The notes beneath the pieces are model-generated. The model searched no databases, was not told the DNA's origin, and saw only the letters and a program-made list of their open reading frames with translations. From Sporopachydermia quercuum (taxonomy: Eukaryota): 64,000 nt of DNA. This document shows positions 1-12,681 of the stretch, in pieces; position 1 is the first letter of the stretch, and every line of letters starts with the position of its first letter. The position numbers and the translations under genes are program-made. The stretch lies in contig BCGN01000007.1 of NCBI GenBank assembly GCA_001599295.1, forward strand, positions 1,229,791-1,293,790, read 5' to 3'.

Positions 1-374
1 AGCTGTTACATTGTCGATTGGAACTCCTAAGGTATTCGCTGAGTTGAGTTCCGGATACCAGAAAGATAACGACGGGAAGTTTTCTCAATAGTTTATCATA
101 GTAGTCGATATCATTCTTCTTTGACTCGAATCCATTTTGAAGAAGAAGGAAAGAAAACAATTAAAACCGCAGAAGATATACGGCCTGAAGGTCTTGTAGT
201 ATGGTAAAGCTTGTGATTCCTATAGCATGGTGAATATCATCTAGAAAAAGAGAACCTCTTGAATCGCCAGATACAAAACTCACAGCTTATCTATCGAGTG
301 ATTCTGTAAGAAAGAATTACGAATATACTCTAATTTGTATTTATATCAACTATTGGATAAAGCAGCCACAAAAA

Positions 375-1688
375 ATGGTTGAGGTCTATAAAAATTTCAT
401 CCACAATATGATTTGGTGGAGCTCGTTATTAATTTTGTTCTCGGGTGTGAAAGCGTTTGAACAAAGTGTCTGCTCATCAGACAATACCTCACCGGAGGAG
501 CCTGTATCGTATGAATTTAATTCAAATGGTTATTGTCGAGACCGTTGTGCATACGAAGGCTATGCACTAGCAGTTGTTCAAGGAGATGATTGCTGGTGTA
601 CGAATTACCTACCTGCTGCTTCGACAAGCGTAGGTTCTTGTTCAGATACTTGTCCAGGGTATCCAGCAGAACTATGTGGTAATGTTGAACAAAATCTTTA
701 TGGTTATATCGAAATAAGTACCCCCAGTGGCACACAAGGTTCAGACACAGTTTCCACTTTAAGCTCTGATACAAGCTCTGATACAAGCTCTGATACAAGC
801 TCTGACACAAGCCCTGATACAAGTTCTGATACAAGTTTAGATTCAAGTTCAGAATCAAGTTCAGATTCTAGCTCAACTTCTAGCTCAACTTCTAGCTCAA
901 CTTTTAGCTCAAGCTCAAGTGAAACCCCAAGTTCTAGTGATGAAACGACTTCTCCTTCTCCATCTCCAACATCTACAAGCGATATTGAATCCACATCACC
1001 AACGGAAGAGGTGACGTTATTACAAACATCCACGCAACAAATAGTATACACAACAATGATAACAGGGTCAGTAGAGACGATATTTGTTAGTGAAAGCGGT
1101 AGTGGTGGTCCAAGTGGGACAACTCAACAGCCAGGTGAAACATACATAATGACGTCACTGGTAACATCAATAGTATCGATTATATCCACAGCATCTCCTA
1201 CGATTGACAGCGAACCCGCATCTTCTTCATTGTCGTCAAGTACATCACAAGACTCCCCAAGCGCAAAGCCAAGCTCCAATTCCTTTTGGTCAGATGGTGG
1301 TAAAGTTGCTGGAGTGTTTGTCGTGGTGGGGGTTGTTGTACTAGCCCTAATAGGATTGTTGTTATGGTGGTATTGTCGTCGAAGACGTAATGGAAGTGAC
1401 TCTACAAAACAACCTGAAATGGAAGAACGGCTAAGAGTGAATCCTGCATTCGCTGCTTCTTATGATAACGAACCTTTACCATCAGGTTCTGATGACGATC
1501 TAACGATTCCACTACCAGCAGTTGAAGTAGACCAAAGACTTGATCCTAATCATATATACATGCGTTGGTATCAGAATGAGTCCAAACGATCATTACAGGA
1601 TGATCATGATTATTCAAGAAGGGTTTTTACCGTTGCCAATCCAGATCCTGACAGACCATCGCTTGAGAAACAACACAGTAAATCTTGA
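375..1688 (+). CDS. WSC-family cell wall integrity sensor (Wsc1/Slg1-like); the start may be the second ATG at 408 (MIWWSS...)
   Basis: Signal peptide, Cys-rich WSC domain (CRDRC...CWC...CSDTCPGYPAELCG), long Ser/Thr stalk, one TM helix (VAGVFVVVGVVVLALIGLLLWW) followed by RRRR, and cytosolic DQRLDP and SLQDDHDYSRRVFTVANPD motifs. Confidence 0.92.
   Translation: MVEVYKNFIHNMIWWSSLLILFSGVKAFEQSVCSSDNTSPEEPVSYEFNSNGYCRDRCAYEGYALAVVQGDDCWCTNYLPAASTSVGSCSDTCPGYPAELCGNVEQNLYGYIEISTPSGTQGSDTVSTLSSDTSSDTSSDTSSDTSPDTSSDTSLDSSSESSSDSSSTSSSTSSSTFSSSSSETPSSSDETTSPSPSPTSTSDIESTSPTEEVTLLQTSTQQIVYTTMITGSVETIFVSESGSGGPSGTTQQPGETYIMTSLVTSIVSIISTASPTIDSEPASSSLSSSTSQDSPSAKPSSNSFWSDGGKVAGVFVVVGVVVLALIGLLLWWYCRRRRNGSDSTKQPEMEERLRVNPAFAASYDNEPLPSGSDDDLTIPLPAVEVDQRLDPNHIYMRWYQNESKRSLQDDHDYSRRVFTVANPDPDRPSLEKQHSKS
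763..915 (+). repeat. 12-bp coding minisatellite in the WSC Ser/Thr stalk
   Basis: agctctgataca-type units (SSDT) grading into tctagctcaact-type units (SSST). Confidence 0.9.
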
Positions 1689-2542
1689 TTGCACATCTCT
1701 GTGAAACATTAGGTATGTTTTGCATTTTATTTTTAATTTGACTTCTATGATCATAATTATAGTATTGTATTTATCTNTCTCAAGCAACGAAAAAGAAGAA
1801 AAAAGAGAATAAAGTAGTTATAATCCATTCTATTCAGTATTTTTTCATCGACATGGAGCTCAAAGGATTCCACGCTCTTTACCTGATGCGTTCGTTGTGT
1901 TACAATATTTATATTGGTCTATCCTCACGGCAATATATGGTAGATTATTTTAGATCTGTTCACTTGATGATGAATCTTTTTATGACTTGGAATTTGGTAG
2001 TGTGGGTTCGGTTTTCTATGGTGATTTATTTATTTTATGGATGATAGTGATTGTAGTTAAGAAATCTTGACTATTTTAGATGTTAATTAATGTAAGAGTT
2101 TATAAGAATTTAGTAGCTATAGAATTGTTGTGGACTGCAGTTTCTTCCGATTTTCATTATTGCTCCGTTTATTCCATGAATATTCTCATTGTTACGAGAT
2201 TCATGCTATGCTATCTGCTTTCTCTGTAGGTATGTATATAGCCGATAGTTCTGTCATGGTAGCTCTGTGACATTGAAATGAGCTGGTATGACGTGATAGA
2301 CATATAATATCTAAGAAAGAAAACAAGACTTCTACTTCTGAACGAAGAGTGTATTAACCAATAAATTAATCTATCTTTCAGTATCAACTGTTTTCCATCA
2401 AGCCTCAAAAATCTAGGATATATTCTTCATGTGCCAAAAAAAAAAAATTTAACAAGCATTCGTTTGTCTACATTTCAAACAGATGAGACGCAGTTGAATT
2501 GTTGAGAGAAACAACTCTTCTTCATGAAATTTCAGCAAAAAT

Positions 2543-2616
2543 TGGACAAGTCCGGAATCGAACCGGAGACCTTCCGCATGCGAAGCGGACGCGATAGCCA
2601 ACTACACTACATGCCC
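2543..2616 (-). tRNA. tRNA-Ala, anticodon CGC, intronless
   Basis: Reverse complement GGGCATGTAGTGTAGTTGGCTATCGCGTCCGCTTCGCATGCGGAAGGTCTCCGGTTCGATTCCGGACTTGTCCA. Anticodon arm TCCGC-TTCGCAT-GCGGA, GGTTCGATTCC T-loop, G3:U70 Ala identity pair, and a T5 Pol III terminator just downstream. Confidence 0.96.
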
Positions 2617-3063
2617 AAAATTTTTAAAAATTTCTGAATTACAGACTATATAATATACATTATCCCGTATTTATTTATTTATTTATTTCTACTTTTCAAT
2701 TTTAATTTTTCATACGTACCAGTAATAACGACATAAAATAATAAAAATATTATTGGTTCTGAATAACCCGAGAAAATATTATACAATGACTCCAATACTT
2801 TGCTGGGAAGTGGTTAGGGGTTTCCTATAGATATTCTGTTGATTGGTTGGCCCAGGTGGAGGAGGTATACCCTTGTGATGTGTCTTTTCACATTCACCTT
2901 GATATTTTCTTTTCTATGTGGTCGCTAGAGTTTTTTCTTTATTTCGTTTGTTTTGGATTGATTCGTACTCTGTGCATTATAGTTGTATAAACCTCCCCTG
3001 CAGTACAGCAGAGGACTTATAGATCAATGTAATCAACTGAAGTTGCACTTCCACATATTTCCC

Positions 3064-3915
3064 TTACGTTGCTGTTCCTCGTTCAAACGAGTCCTTGATA
3101 TCTCTGGTGTATTTATCGTAGTGTCGGGAAAGCTTTTTGTTAAATTGTTTGTTCTTCTCGTTGACTTTTGGAAGATTGGTTAGTATCAAGTTAATAAATT
3201 ATGACAACAACTCCAGAACAAAGATATTCTAAAAACATACTATATGTGACAAACTCGTCGTCTTCATTAGGTCTTTTCCTCCTTCTAGTTTTTCTTTCAT
3301 CTCTATGAGCAATATTGTTAGTATTTAGCTTGTTACCATTCATCTTCCCAAAAGAAACATTTTTACATACTCTTTCTTCAAAGCATCTTGAAGTNTTGAG
3401 ATAGCCTCTTCTGAAGGTCTTGAATTGTCAAATTCATTACCATCTACCCCTGTTTTCTCTACTCTTATCTTGCCTTTTTCATTTACTAGATCTTTCTCAT
3501 CAATGTGTTTAATCTTCTCTTCAAGGTAAACCTTTTTATCCATTGATACATTTTTCATATCTCTGTTGTAAGCTCTCTCGGCNGCCTGTTCATAATCGTG
3601 AAACAACCCGTTTGCTTTCCCTTCAGCTTTCTCTTTCATTTTCGCATCCCATGCCTCAGCTTCTTCAATAGTCCAGTCCCACGCGCGTTTTCGTTCAAAA
3701 TCCTCGCCTTTCTCGGCTGCTTCGATTTTTGCTAATTCGTATTCCGCTTTTGCTACTTTTCTTTCGATTGCTGGTTCAGATACCTCTCCTTTCCGTGCCC
3801 TATCAGCAAATAATTCTACTCTATTTTGTTTCTCTGCCTCATTTTTCAGTCGCTTCAGTTCTTTCAGCTTCTCCAGCCTACTTTGACTTTTCCTATTATT
3901 ACTGTTGTCCTCCAT
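3064..3915 (-). CDS. SYF2: Pre-mRNA splicing factor Syf2; exons 3915-3371, 3302-3241, 3164-3064 (235 aa)
   Basis: [13 protein letters not shown] motif. Splicing GTATGT..TACTAAC..TAG (3370-3303) and GTATGT..TACTAAC..AAG (3240-3165) restores the C-terminus [36 protein letters not shown]. Confidence 0.93.
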
Positions 3916-4495
3916 GATTGGTGACTATTCTATAGAACCGAAACCAATAGCTGCTGTTGGAGTCTTGGTAAGCATTAAATTCTTTATGAAAGCACTATCA
4001 AAACGTTTCATATCTTATCATATAATCTATTGATTGGCAATAGTGACAAACCTTAAAAGATAAGATAGGTAGATTTTCAAAAAGTAATTCAATAAATCAA
4101 ATGAAAATTCATCTCTATGTCACGATATCTTTACCCTAAGGATTGCCTGTGTGACATAAGCTCAGTTATGAGTCTGACAATTTATTATAACTTGTCAGTT
4201 CGCTGTACATCTCAACTACAGCAGAATGAAAGGTGCTGGTAGGAAAAAAAAAAGTGGTGTATTGAAATAGAAAAAAAAGACTAACTTGACTTCACATCTC
4301 ACTTCCTATGCCATTTGGAAATCATCAAATATTCACATGAAAGATCGAAAATCCACTACTTGTGGTATGAAAGATCATGAAAAGAGAATCAAATTCAATT
4401 GTTCTTCTCTTCAACTTGAAATATAAGAATATGGCTACATGCAGCTAATTTGACTGTGTCCTTTCGTTTCCAATAGCAAAGCAAATGGATCAACT

Positions 4496-6387
4496 ATGAA
4501 CGTAGATGAATTGTTCAAGTCAGCGAATGGTAAAAGACCATTGGAGCCTGAACGGAATGCAGAGAATCCTAGAACTAAAGAATTAAAGCTAGAAGAATCA
4601 AACTTCAACGGTAATTCTGACGAAGACGAACGGTTTTCTGGCAGCGGACTGACTGAGACCGAGCAAAAGGTCATTGATTTCATTGATAACAATGCCCCTA
4701 GCAGTACTAGTGAAGAATATAACGAGAAGTGGCTCTCTAGGCTCATAAGAGAAGTAGAGGACAAATTAAATGAAAATGAAGAACTGAGGGCATTATTTCC
4801 TTCTGACCCTTTGAAGTTTGTTGCTTCTGAAGAGAAACTAAATGTTGCCATTAAGAATCTTTCCGCTTTAGCTGCAGCCCCTAATCTTTATGAAGATTCG
4901 ATTAGACTAGGGTTACCATCAGCATTGACAGTAGCTCTACGACATCCTAATTGCGATATTAGGGCTATGACTATTACAGTTTTGAACGACCTTCTAGATG
5001 AAGACACTCCGCTTTCGACAGAAGAGATGCAGTCCTTTTTACAGTCGTTCGTTGATAAAGAGTTGATACAACTGACACGTCTTCATTGTATGCAGTTGCT
5101 GGAAGAAGCTGGAAGTGATTATCAAGAATACTATTCTAACGCTCTTGCGTTATATCAAGCAATATTGGAATTGGATTCAAATACAAGTAAAGAGTTAGGA
5201 ACAAAAATGTATGTTGATTGGTTTACTGATCTGATCATGAAATATGAAAAGTTTTTATGGTTGGCTGAGTACTCTGCTGAAATCTTATCCATTTTATTCC
5301 CACTGAATCCCAGATGTTTGTATTTAGCGGTAAGTGATAGTCGCTTGCTTGATACCTTACTACAGATTTTGTCAAAGTATATCTCAGGAAAACCCGATTA
5401 TGATGAGGAAGAGCTGGTAGAGAATTGTATTGACATTATTTGTCAAATATTGCATTTACGAATAGGTAAAGAATTGTTCTTAGAGCTAGAAGGAGTAGAG
5501 TTGCTATTGATTCTTAGTAAAGGATCAAGCTGGGGCCAATCCCAGGCTATCAAAATACTAAACCATGGTTGTGATAGTATGGACTCTGCTGGGTTGACTT
5601 CTCGGTTGGTGACAGCTGGTGGGTTGAAAATGCTGTTCAAATCTTTAATGAGAAAGGTATGTGTAGCATAGTGATGAATGAAGAACGTGCACTTATTGGT
5701 AGCTCTGCTCTTTGAGGTGGGCTGGATTTGAAATTATTTTGAGCATTATTGTGAACTAACGTGTGTGTTTATTAGAATGATAAGCAAACTATTGAAAGAG
5801 TACTGCTGGTTCTGGCTTCTCTATTTAGAAGACTTTCAATTGAGTCTCCTGAAAGAATTAGATTATTAGGAAAGTTTTTGGAGAAAGAGGGTGAAAAAGT
5901 GAATAGGCTGATTGATATTAGATCTACCTGGTATTCTTTTATTGATAAAATAGAGAAGAAATATCAAACACAGCATAGAAACTTGGATGATGGTTCGGAT
6001 GAGTTTAAGGAATTGGACACTGAGTTGATACTGGATAAGCTTGAAGGTGGTCTGGTAATTGTTCAAAATGTAGATATAATTTTAGGATGGTTAATTGTCG
6101 ATGGTGGTAATCGATATGTAAAGAAATACTTGGCAGCTAGTGGCGTGCATATATCAAATATTCTTGAAGACCTCAGAGCATACAGGGACGACTTAGAATC
6201 AGCACAGGATGGATCTGAGGAAAATGAATATGATGGCGATAATGATGGTGCTGATGCTGGTGCTGGTGCTGGTAATGGTGGAGAAAGAGAAGATAATGGC
6301 TATGGCTTGATTTCTTCGAAGGATGAAACGAACGATTTGATTAGCATGTTGGAGTTTCTGATAGAAGAGTTGGAAGGTGGCTCATGA
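4496..6387 (+). CDS. CTNNBL1: Beta-catenin-like protein 1 (Prp19-CDC5L complex associated ARM protein); exons 4496-5656 and 5776-6387 (590 aa)
   Basis: N-terminal NEELRALFPSDPLKFVASEEKL..IKNLSALAAAPNLY motif, EEELVENCID, FLELEGVELL. Intron GTATGT 5657..AACTAAC..TAG 5775 joins in frame to RIRLLGKFLEKEGEKVNRL. Confidence 0.88.
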
Positions 6388-8032
6388 GATCGTGATGTTG
6401 CTTGAGCTAGTAATAAGGTATGAATGAGTAAGATTGTTGAAATGCGACAAAAGCAAAAGACGGTAAGTAAGCTGTGATAATCTCTTAAATGATGCTATCG
6501 TTATTTCTATATTTCTTATTTTCAAACGAACAATTATGTTCCATTTGATGCGGCTCTTACCTTCCTACTATTTGAGATTTTCTACTTGATATAAGGAAGA
6601 ATTTTCTTGTAGATTACACAACAAACGGTCCCCCCCCCCCAGTATATTGGAATCGTTCATCTTCTTTTCCATTGGACGATGTGTTGTTTGTTTGTCTCGG
6701 GCTGATAATATAATGATAATATAATGTATGATTAGCAGAGGGCATCGAATACCTTATCTGCCTTGGATTATGAAGTTTCTTCGCTAATGTCAATAGATAT
6801 CCTCGTACATCTGTAACACCAATGAGTGTCTGCGGAGCAGCTAGACACTTGTGCGATATTAGAGGTTAGTCATACCTTCTACATCAGTGCACGGACTGTT
6901 GATCGTATTTCTGAGCGTTTTGCCGATTTGTGATGAGTGGAATTGTGCGTAACATATTCTAGTTACCAAATAGTCTAGTGACTCCTGTAAGTACCTTGTT
7001 TATAATATGGTATGAGACAAAAGCAAGAAATTATATACTGCAATGTACTATAATTCCATGATGCTCTTCGTTATCGAATTGGTTATTTGCAATCAGTTTC
7101 GGCTACCCTATATGATACCGCCACGATTTGTGATCCCGGATTGCAAGCAGTCGATTTGGGATTTTTAAGGGAAGTACGAAAAGTTGGTTTCTGGTCATTA
7201 CTCATATCGAGCATATTTGTTTTACAATATGATAGCAGGAAATTGAGTCTTTTTTCTATATTTCGATGTAGGAAGAATGAGCAGTCAGTTTAATGAATTT
7301 GGATTTCAACTTGAATTTGAATTTGAAGGGCAAGATAGCGGTGAATGTGATGACTGAGAACTTATATCGACACCTTCTTTTATTATTCCAATAAATTAAA
7401 TAGTAAACGATAGACAGATTGCTGAAATCAATTCTTCTGGTTGTTCCGTACCTGTTTCAATATTGAAGCCTGGGGATTCATATAGATACATGCGCTTAAA
7501 TATGCCTGATGATATAACGCGCTTCTGTCATTCTTTCTGTTGTATATTGACTTCGCAATCACATACTGTGATGAGTCGAGTTATATCATTTAGTAACAAG
7601 GTATCAAGATACCTGTGAGTGAAGTAGCCGAATTACAAAAAGACACTCTCGATTTGACTATCAGTCCGTTGTCATCAACTATATAACCTATCTATTAATT
7701 AATAGTATTATCGTAATTTTCGATTGGTGGGTAATAAAGGTTTTTACGAAATTGATGTTTCTATCGTTTGATAGAACTCTGCTGTAATTAGATAAAGAGA
7801 AACATTCGACTACTTTTTCTGTAAGTATAGAGAGAGAATCATTCTTCTAATGTGCATATGCATAGTAAGTAAGTGAGTACTTAGTTCTACTGAACCATCT
7901 ATTAATCACTCTAAAATCATGCTCATATAACTTCTTGTTCATTAGAAAGCTGAAACTCCACGCATTCTGCTAACCAAAATAATAACCTTATTGCTCCAAT
8001 ACAAACTACCCATTTACTGTATTTATACATCT

Positions 8033-9022
8033 ATGCCAAATATGCCTCTAGAACAACTTGATGAAGATACAACAGCATATGTGATCAAGCCTGAAGATCA
8101 AAACCCTGGAGCACCACTTATTTTCTTCGTACCGGGAAACCCAGGTTTAGCTGAATACTACACTGAATACCTTGATCGTATACACGATGTGTATCCAAAT
8201 TATCATGTAATATGTGCATCGCACAAAGGCTACAGTACTTCGAAGCAATGCAACCCACCTGCAACTTCAGAAAACGCAAATGAAAGAGAAGCTGAAAATG
8301 AACCTGAAACATGGGGACTCGATGAGCAGATCAACCATAAAATGGACATACTTGAGAATCTAAATAAGCAGTCAAATGTAAATAGAGATTTGATTATAAT
8401 GGGCCACTCNGTCGGGGCTTGGATTGTGCAAAGAATTGCTTGGAGAGTCTTCAGTAGACCAGATTTAAACTACAACTTGAGATTTGTGGGCCTGGTTACT
8501 CCGACCATCAGGGACATTGCAGCCAGTGAGAAAGGTGTGAAATTTGTCTGGATTGGATCATGGTCTATAATTTCTTTAGAAATAATAGCATCAAATCTAT
8601 GCAAACTCCTGTCATATCTACCTCGGGGGGCTATTCATAACATGATTAAACTTATAATGAGAAACCCACCGCCACATGCAATTACAGCAACTGAAGCATT
8701 AATTAGAAACCCACAGGTCGTATCACAGGCTTTAGTGATGGCGAGTGAAGAGATGCTCAGGATAACAGGAGATGAATATGCTCCTGACATTGGTGGCTTC
8801 TGGAACGAGGAGAATGGATATAAGATATGGGGATATTTTGCCGTTGATGATCACTGGGTTAGTGATGTGACGCGCGATGAGATAATCAAGGCATATGGAG
8901 ACAACAAGAATGTTGTTTTTGAAATCGGGGAAGTTGATGGGATCAAGCATTCATTCTGTGTACACGGTAGTGACATGTTTGCGAAAATCACAGCCAATGC
9001 TCTAGCAGAGGCTGGTATCTAG
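8033..9022 (+). CDS. Lipid droplet-associated alpha/beta hydrolase (LDAH / YPR147C-like); exact start uncertain
   Basis: FVPGNPGLAEYY oxyanion motif, GHSVG nucleophile elbow (TCN codon), DHWV and HSFC catalytic Asp/His motifs. Confidence 0.88.
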   Translation: MPNMPLEQLDEDTTAYVIKPEDQNPGAPLIFFVPGNPGLAEYYTEYLDRIHDVYPNYHVICASHKGYSTSKQCNPPATSENANEREAENEPETWGLDEQINHKMDILENLNKQSNVNRDLIIMGHXVGAWIVQRIAWRVFSRPDLNYNLRFVGLVTPTIRDIAASEKGVKFVWIGSWSIISLEIIASNLCKLLSYLPRGAIHNMIKLIMRNPPPHAITATEALIRNPQVVSQALVMASEEMLRITGDEYAPDIGGFWNEENGYKIWGYFAVDDHWVSDVTRDEIIKAYGDNKNVVFEIGEVDGIKHSFCVHGSDMFAKITANALAEAGI

Positions 9023-9598
9023 AGAATGAGCGATTGTAGTAGGCCGATTGCCAGGGGTAGGAGTATCTATAAATAAAAGTGAATGGGTAGAGAGAATGAG
9101 TGTAATGGTTCATGTTAGAACTGGCACCAATCAATGAATTGAGTGACAGGGGCTTCTTATTTATAAATATAGATTACTAGATTAGAATGCTAATAGATCA
9201 TCAATCAGGATAGCGATAGCGTTCAGTTGATTTGGAGAGACCTATGCTTTAGATCGGAATTAAAAGTATACATTTTGAATCAATCAAACTTTTTTATAGC
9301 TTCCTTTATAACACTTTATTGTAAAGAGGAGACTATGACAAGACAAAAGAGCCATCTAACAAGAGTAACAAGCCAAGTTTTACACAACGCACTACAAACC
9401 AAGCGGTACTCCCATATAGTAGCATTTTGCCATCAGTCACAGCGCGATAAACAGTTTCTGTTCAGTTTCTTTCGTTCAACAGAAGAACGAGAATCTCATC
9501 ACATTTTAATAAAACAAATTGGAAATTATTAAAACATTAGATTATTCTTATGCATACATCTCTTCCCATACAAAAGTGGCTTTTTATATTACATACAA

Positions 9599-10932
9599 TT
9601 ATAAGTCGTCTTCCCATCCTTTGATTTTGAACTCGAACTTCTGCATATCTGAAGGCGTCTCATTAAGATCATCAGATGCATGGCGTGTCTTCTCCAAATA
9701 AGAGAGATTTCCATGGCGATCAACAATTATCATTGTCTGAGTCCTAGTGCCATAATACTTACCAACAATATTATTCAACGACTCCGTACCAACATGACAT
9801 CGTTCAGGGTGTAATTTTCTTTCTTCATCAAATTCCTTCAACTTTTTCTCCAACTCTCCGTCTAGCATTGTATCATCGATAGATTTTATAGAGTTCAACT
9901 CTAAATCTTTCTCCGGAAAGGGAGAAACTGGTACTGTTTGAATACTAACATCAATCGGTGGGATGAAAATACTTAGTTTTAAAGCATCCATCTTATCTAA
10001 ATCTCCATCAATAGCTTCCTTAGGATATGTATTAGTACTGAGTACTTCAAATAACTTTTCAATCAGCTGTTCTTTACTCCATTTCTCTGTAACTGATTGT
10101 TCTACCACTTCATGTACTAGTTTCTTTCCTTCGATAACCTTAGGCCATGGATCATAATATAGAGAGTTGGATATTCCCATATCACGCTCATGGTTCTGAA
10201 ACACTAATGATGAATCACCTCTATTTGTTACAATATGCAATGGTTGGATTGGCGATTGATTAACACTACCAGAAGTGTCATTGAGATTTAAATTTGGGCG
10301 TATTAAGCCATGAACGAAAGAAAAACCTCCTATATCTTTGAATTTTTCAACCTCATATTTCTTTAAAACTTCTTTCCTCCACATATCTGGTTCCAATGTT
10401 GATCTTAAGAAATCTTTCGGTAGTATTCCCCTTGATAATTTACTAACAGCAGCTGTTTTATAGAGTTAGAAAAAACACATCTAATCATTAAGTGCTACAG
10501 CAATAAATAGAAAAAATGATAACCACTTACAATACATTCCAGATTCTCTGAAATTGAGAATTACCGCCAAACGGCCCTCAGTGGTAACCCCTATCCATGT
10601 GCCATGCTCTTCTCTTGCCAAATCATAGGGACTTAATACATTATCGTTTGGAGGATCAGCAAACACAGCCAATGCAGTTGGCCTTGCAAAGAACTCATCT
10701 CTATTTGATAATAAGATCAAAGGGCTGTAACAACAAATAGGAAGATATGTTAGTACTTGTTGACTACCAATGAAGCATTAGAAAGGAGCATGTATACAAT
10801 CAAACATCACTTATTTACGGTTTGACGATATGCTTAGTTGTTAAGGTGATCACATCCAAGAGTGTAGTTTGTTCCTACCTCTTCCCATACATACTATTCT
10901 GGATGTTCTGTGGTCATTAGCAGAATACACAT
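9599..10932 (-). CDS. TANGO2/NRDE family protein (YGR127W-like); exons 10932-10895, 10724-10531, 10452-9599 (361 aa)
   Basis: Spliced N-terminus MCILLMTTEHPEYPLILLSNRDEFFARPT, plus GTWIG, SRGILP and YYGTRTQT motifs; two GT..CTAAC..CAG introns keep the frame. Confidence 0.92.
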
Positions 10933-12681
10933 TGTGACTATGAAGTCAGCCACTGAGAATCAGAAACTAAACAAAACAAAACAAATAAAATATTCAATTA
11001 ACTAGATGCAATTAAATTAAAACTAAAATTCTAAAACCTGCTAATTTAACAATCATTTAATCAAATGAGCTAATTATTGAATATATGAACAAATATTCTC
11101 TTCTTGAAGGTGAACCACATAAACATCACCAGTTTCCATGAAATTTGTAGCTTTTTGTCAGTATCTCATTATGAGTCCCAAATTACAGCAAAGCAATTCT
11201 ATTCTAGTGATGTGTGTTGAGAATAAAGTAAAGTATACTTCAACGCAATTCACTACATTCAGTATTGTTTTATATAGATTTATAGATTATAATGAGATAG
11301 GTTGTTGAAAGAGTATTGCCATTTCCATCCATCTCATTCTTGTAGCCCATCTCCTCTTTGAGTATTCTCCACATTTGAAAACCATTTAGTCGAACTTTTC
11401 ACTAATACCTGTGTACTATAGTTATTCTGTATAGTCATTTGTAGAGCTATCTATGAATTTACCGCTTTGTCTAACTTAACTAAAAAGGGAGGGGGGGTAT
11501 TGTCATGCTATCATATGGTACAATAGGAAGAGAACTCTTCTTGGTAAAGAGAATAAAGTTGAACCGAGGTGACGAGAAATGAGCAGAGAACGAAGGTACG
11601 GAGGTACGAATGCCACTTAGTTTGAATGAGAACCCAGTATGTACTTCTTGTTTATGTAGAAAATTATTGAGTTATGAAATAGAATGCCACGGGAAAATGT
11701 TAGCGCCATAGGAGAGCGCGATAGAGAGAGCGAAGTCTAAAATTGTTGATAAGAATTGTTGAGTATTTATATGAATCTACGGATGAGCAAGCAATTGTAG
11801 ACAAAGTAAGTAGATGAAATGGTGATAAGAAAGTCTGACGTTGTCAAGAATCTACTGTGTAGAGAGTTGTGTGGTTGGTAATCATACATGCAGTATGTTG
11901 GAAGGAAATATAAAATCAGCTATTGAAAGACGATACATCAAATGAACATGGAGTTAAATATCGTAACCGGGGGACCAGTAATTTCAGAAAAGATTGATAT
12001 CAGTATCGAGAGATTGGCAAAGTTCAAACGACGACCGATTTGTTGAAATATTATCAACAATTGGACAATCTAAGCACTTGTTATTGGGTTTATCACAAAA
12101 CTCGTTGCATAGCAAAAGCAAATGAATATGATATTGTTTCTTGTGTTTCATAGTTGCTCCTCAACCGAAACCTAGAAAAATTGTTCAGATCATATACGAA
12201 TCAAATCTATGTTCAAGAGTCTCAGTACTCATTTTTTTATATCTACAATTAAAGCAATACCTAAGGAAAAAAAAGTTTAAAGGAATATATAAGGGTTTGA
12301 ATATCCTAGCAACGACTACAAACTGGTATCCTGAAACCATATTTGTTGGATCACCGGAATCAATGACAAACCAAAACCAAGTCTCAAATTTATAACATTG
12401 AGCATCGAAGCAATTGAAAACAAAGAGACAAGAATGTAATCATTAAAAAAAGTCCTTTGGATTTTGTTGTGCCATCTTAAGAATGCTACCAACCAGTTTC
12501 ACGAGTCTGTTAATTATCTAATAATCCTTGCCAGAAACTCTCATGACATGGATACTGATCCGGCAGTAGGAATACGGGAGCACAGGAGCAAAAGTGACAT
12601 AGATGCTAATTAGATTGCGTATTTGTCAGTCATGAGGTTGATGAATGCAATGGAATAATGCTATATTTGTATGGATGAGGA

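Noticed and set aside
763..915. Regular repeats that might look like a CRISPR array
   Set aside because: No spacers; this is an in-frame Ser/Thr minisatellite in a eukaryotic gene.
6690..7680. Several GTGATGA (C-box-like) and CTGA motifs, and a 10-nt match (ttcgttatcg) antisense to 18S rRNA, suggesting a snoRNA cluster
   Set aside because: No guide sits directly before a D box, I found no terminal stems, and the 10-mer also occurs near 42152. An Rfam or snoscan run would be needed to revive it.
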